A DNA stretch of 64,000 nucleotides, from assembly GCF_000315625.1 (NCBI RefSeq), contig NW_005434643.1, positions 212,130 through 276,129 of the forward strand, written 5' to 3'. The position numbers and the translations under genes are program-made. Each line of letters opens with the position of its first letter. Positions within the stretch are counted from its first letter, which is position 1. Shown piece by piece: positions 60,097 through 64,000 of this stretch. The notes below the pieces were generated by a model. That model worked only from the letters and a program-made list of their open reading frames with translations. It had not been told where the DNA came from and did not search any database. Source of the stretch: Guillardia theta CCMP2712 (lineage: Eukaryota > Protista > Cryptophyta).

Positions 60097-61224
60097 ATGC
60101 GGTCAATCGGGACGAGGAGCTCACTGCATGAAACAGGCACTAGCTTCTTGTTCGTACGTAGCCGCCGTGTCCTATCAGCCGTGGTCTTGTCGCTACTCTC
60201 TTTCCCTAGATCTTGTGAGGGCTTTCAAGTATCCCCCGTAGTCAGAAGTGCTTTCAGTCACCATCAACTCCCGCTGAAGAGAGCAATCAACAACCAATGT
60301 GACATTCATCATTCTTTATCAGCACAAACATAAACGTGTGTCCAGATGCAGGAGGTTTGCCACCTGTTAACACCTTCAGTCCGCCCAGGACTAGATTGGG
60401 CCGACGCTCATCGCTGTCAAGGATTCGAGCCCTGGAGTTCGCGTCACCGGAGTTGGCAACATTTCCCCAGCAAGTATTTACAGCAGTGAACTTTCTTGTT
60501 TTACCTTTCTGGGGTAGCATGATCTTTCAGCCACACTCTGATCGAACGAAGGCTCTCATGGAGAGCTCGGTGAGAAACCCTGCCCAGAGTTTGTCCCTTA
60601 CTGTGCTTTAGATCCCAGTTCTTCTTTGTGCTGCGCTGCATCTCTCCATGGTGTCATATGGGTTGACTCAGCCTGGATCTGCGGAAGAATTCCAGTTTCT
60701 TGCAACACAAGGTGTTTGACTACACTTATCATGACAAGGTCGAGCTGATCCCCTTGAAATTCAGGGTTTGTGAAGCTTTCCGCCATGCAGGTATTTCATA
60801 GAAAGATGATTGAGTGTAGCCAATAGAGAATTGAAACCTTGGAATCTCAATGATTCACTTCGTTATGTTTTGCACTTCATTTGGCTCAATTGATGATTGC
60901 TCAATGGCAGGAGATGCGCTCTAGCCCTGTGTTTGTTTCTGAGGAATGGGCGCATGTCCTTGCATGGGATTTGTTTGTAGGGAGATATGTTTACCTCGAT
61001 GGACTTGCGAAGAAGGTGAGAAAGTACATCTGCGCTGTATCTCTTATTGATCCGAGCTGCAGATTCCAACACCACACAGTCTGTTTTTTACTTTCCTCCT
61101 TGGGCCGGTCAGTGTGCATCGACGGCAGGGGAGAATCTGATTTTGTTCATAGCTGGGGCTTACTATGCATCTTATTACGCGCGCAGTAGTCCTCAAAGAC
61201 GCTTCTAGCCTTACGAAGCTGTGA
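60097..61224 (+). CDS. ABA4: ABA4/DUF4281 family plastid membrane protein (neoxanthin-synthesis associated), multi-exon
   Basis: Signal …VLSLLSFPRSCEG|FQ; VNFLVLPFWGSMIFQPHSDRTKALM; EEWAHVLAWDLFVGRYVYLDG; HSLFFTFLLGPLGL. Confidence 0.85.
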
Positions 61225-62609
61225 AAGCCAAATATTTGACAGGATTGTTTTGTAGGGTTCTCTGGTTTTGAGGCTTCTTTTGAGGAACACTGCGTTAAGG
61301 AAATGAATGTATTTGAAAATTCAGACAATTTTCTTGTGTTATGCATGTAGTGTTCAGATGAAACTAGAGAGAGGAAAGAGAGGTGGATCACAGAGACAAG
61401 ATTTCAATACCAGGAATCAAGCGGATCGCTTGACAGGGGTGCAGGCCAGAGTCCACATGAGCATTGACTGCATTCATACCTGAGAGCAGTTTCAATAGTA
61501 GATTCAGTGACAAACAGCAAACAAAGATCAAAGATGTGACTCTGAGATTGAAGAAAGAAGGTCTGATGAGAGTTAAGAGGTGTTCATACCCGCTAAGCAT
61601 TGCTGAACGACAAAAGTAGCAGACCTAGTTTCGAAGAAGAAACGGAGAACAACGTCAGACTAACCCGCGTCGTTGCGTGCAACTTTCAACCTGATTGCAA
61701 TCTGCCGGATCTGTTCCCCACGCAGTATAAGAGCTCCCAACGCCACAGTAACAATTGTCGCAGCCTTGTCCAGAAAGCATGCCACTAGAACATTGAATGC
61801 AGACTTGATTGCAATAGGAATTGCCCGTTCCAACTGGCCTGTGAGAGATGTAGTAAGCCCACAGCCAGTGTGAAGTGAAAGGTGATCAGATGCAGCAAGT
61901 GAGGAAGGAATCAAACAACTAAGAGACAGACAGCAGAGAATCAGGGCACAGGATAGTTATGGTACCAAGAATCCTCGCTGTCTCGAGGAATGCAGTCGAC
62001 AAGTCCACGCCTGTCTGTCTCATGAGTGCAGAGCGGCTTTACACCCAATCTGCAGAGGTCTCATTACTTCTGTGACAACACAGCAGGCAACAAGATGCAT
62101 CTCCTCCTCTCCGCCGAAAAGAAAAACATTTTGGAACATTTCTCACCTGTCATTATACCCCATTCCGAAAATTGGGATGTTTGGAACACGGGAAGGTGTC
62201 TGGGTGATGTGCCCATTCCAACCCTGAGAAGTGATACCCTTATCACCAACTCCCACCCAGTCATTCGCTTCAAGCTCGATAGATACTCGACTTCCCATCG
62301 TTGCAACGCCCAACAGAGCCACAACTAGCCAGAGGTCAGCAACCAGAAGGATCGATGGTGCGAGGGTTCAGAGAGGGCGACAGGGATATCCCAGCAGGAG
62401 AAAACAAGATCTGCATTCCGTCGATGAAAGTTGGAGGAGATTGGGGTGAAGGAGATCTTCATCGCCTGCAACGACCCTTACCTGCTACGGCTGCAGCTGC
62501 CAACATCGCCGCTCGGACATCCTTCGACATGGCGAGATGATCTGAAGAGCCGTTCAGGAAAACAATTATGTAACCTACCCATAACTGCCACCCTAAAAGC
62601 CGATCTCAG

Positions 62610-64000
62610 TCCTGCCCGGAACGGGGGCCGGCGTCACGGAACCGTGCGCCGGGCCCGGCGTTCCGAAGTTCGGCGCCGCGGGACTCGGAACTGAAGTTTG
62701 GAACTTGAAACTTGACCGCCGGTCCGGCGCCCGGGCGCGGCGCGGCGAACTGAAGTTTGGAACTTGAAACTTACTAAGCACCGTTGAACTTAGTAACTCG
62801 TTCAGCATACCTGATACCGGGCCGAAACTTAAACGTTACTAACCGGCGGCGGGACAGCCGCGCCGATCGAATGTTGACTAAAGCGTAACTAGCGTTTGAG
62901 CCTGGGAAAAGAGCCGCAAAACTTAGCTATAATGACAAGCCTGCCAAGGCTAAACTGCAGTGACCGCGCGGCGGCCCGTACCCGGTACTACGTGACAACT
63001 TGCCTTGGCAAACGTAACTTGCGTTTGCTCTAAGTTTCCCATCCGATGATCATCAGTGTTCCGGGGCCGGTGGCATATCAGTCCGGCGGGACTCCGGACT
63101 CGGACTCAGCGGCCGGCCCCCGGCGCGGCGGAGTCCCCGCCGGACAGCCTCGGAGTTCGGCACTAAGCCCGCCGCTGACTGACGCCGGACGGCCCGGCCC
63201 GGTCCGACTCCCGGAGTCCGGGGAGTCCCCGGGCCGACTCAGGGCGGCCCCGGGGTCCGCCCGGCCGGGGCCCGGCGGGGGGCCGCGGCGCCCGGCGGCC
63301 ACTGTTGGCCGTGACCCGGCGAACACGCCAGACAGGCTGGCGGGCTCAGCGCCGCCCGGCGGGCTTCGGAAGTTCACTGCCGCGCTGTGTTGAGTAGACT
63401 CGGAAGCGGCTGCCCGGCGGCCCCGAGTCCGTGACGGCCGGGTGCCGCTGGCCCGCCGGGCCGGCCCGGCCCCGCGGCCGGCCCGGCCGCGGCGGGGGCC
63501 GGGCCCCCACGGGCCAGGCAGTGTCGGACGGGCCTCGGCTGAGTCCGTGAGTCACTGTCAGTCACTGACTGTGAGACGGAAGTTCGGCGGCAGTGGCTCT
63601 GACGCCGCGGCCGCGGCCTGGCCTGGCATCCGGGTGCCGCCTTCGGACTTCGCCCCAGAGGCCGCCCCGGACCGCCGGGGCCGGGCCCAGTACGGTACGT
63701 CGCCGCCCCCGCCGGATCATCGGATCGGACGGTCACAGTGCCATGATCAAGTTTGAAGGCCGGGCCCGGGGATCACCGGCATCTCACTCGAGCCGCACGC
63801 GAGTCGGCGGCCCTACAAGTCAGACGGTCGTGGACCCTCTTGACCGTGACTCCTCTGACGGTAGGCAGGGGCATGGAACTTCGGAAAACAGGCTAAACCG
63901 CCTTTTTGGTACCCCCACCCCACCCCCCGGGCGGCCGCACAGGCTTGAAGTTGGGCCCTCGCCCCCCTCCCTCCTCGCTCGGGCGGCCTCCGAGCGAGCC
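62610..64000. repeat. Long GC-rich palindromic island with internal direct repeats (runs off the window)
   Basis: 25-bp direct repeat aactgaagtttggaacttgaaactt at ~62689 and ~62748; GAACTTCGGAA motifs; terminal hairpin ctcgctcgg…ccgagcgag. Confidence 0.75.

Noticed and set aside
62420-62490. KLEEIGVKEIFIACNDPY resembling type II peroxiredoxin
   Set aside because: No upstream PGAFTPxC motif or coherent exon structure; at most a short pseudogene fragment.
63960-64000. Resemblance of gggcggcctc…gagcgag to the AAV ITR
   Set aside because: The match is short, in very GC-rich sequence, and there is no rep/cap-like ORF nearby.

Overview
Gene-dense eukaryotic nuclear DNA with many short (~40-55 nt) GT-AG introns. 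Bipartite plastid-targeting presequences (signal peptide followed by Phe), an RWP-RK gene and GC-rich intergenic islands suggest a cryptophyte alga (Guillardia/Hanusia-like); this is an inference. About 19 protein genes can be supported: a small Gly/Tyr-rich protein, Pkr1-like, CDP-DAG synthase, DCAF7/AN11 WD40, phytochelatin-synthase-like, TMEM94/ERMA, TKL kinase-ARM, a hypothetical protein, a very large kelch/LamG/Cys-rich/filamin type-I membrane protein, thylakoid bestrophin-like, RWP-RK, a plastid-targeted TrhO-rhodanese + O-methyltransferase fusion, CFAP97-like, TMEM65, CHY/RING E3, an NCX Na+/Ca2+ exchanger, an ankyrin protein, a CDK-like kinase and ABA4. The best candidate for an undescribed system is the in-frame fusion of a TrhO-type tRNA U34 hydroxylase with a TrmR-family O-methyltransferase, which could make mo5U in plastid tRNA in one polypeptide. 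Also notable are eight palindrome-rich GC islands on the 5' side of genes that share short motifs, and intronic minisatellites built from splice-signal-like units. Gene models were spliced by eye, families were recognised from motifs without database searches, and there is a 100-N assembly gap at 10391-10490.
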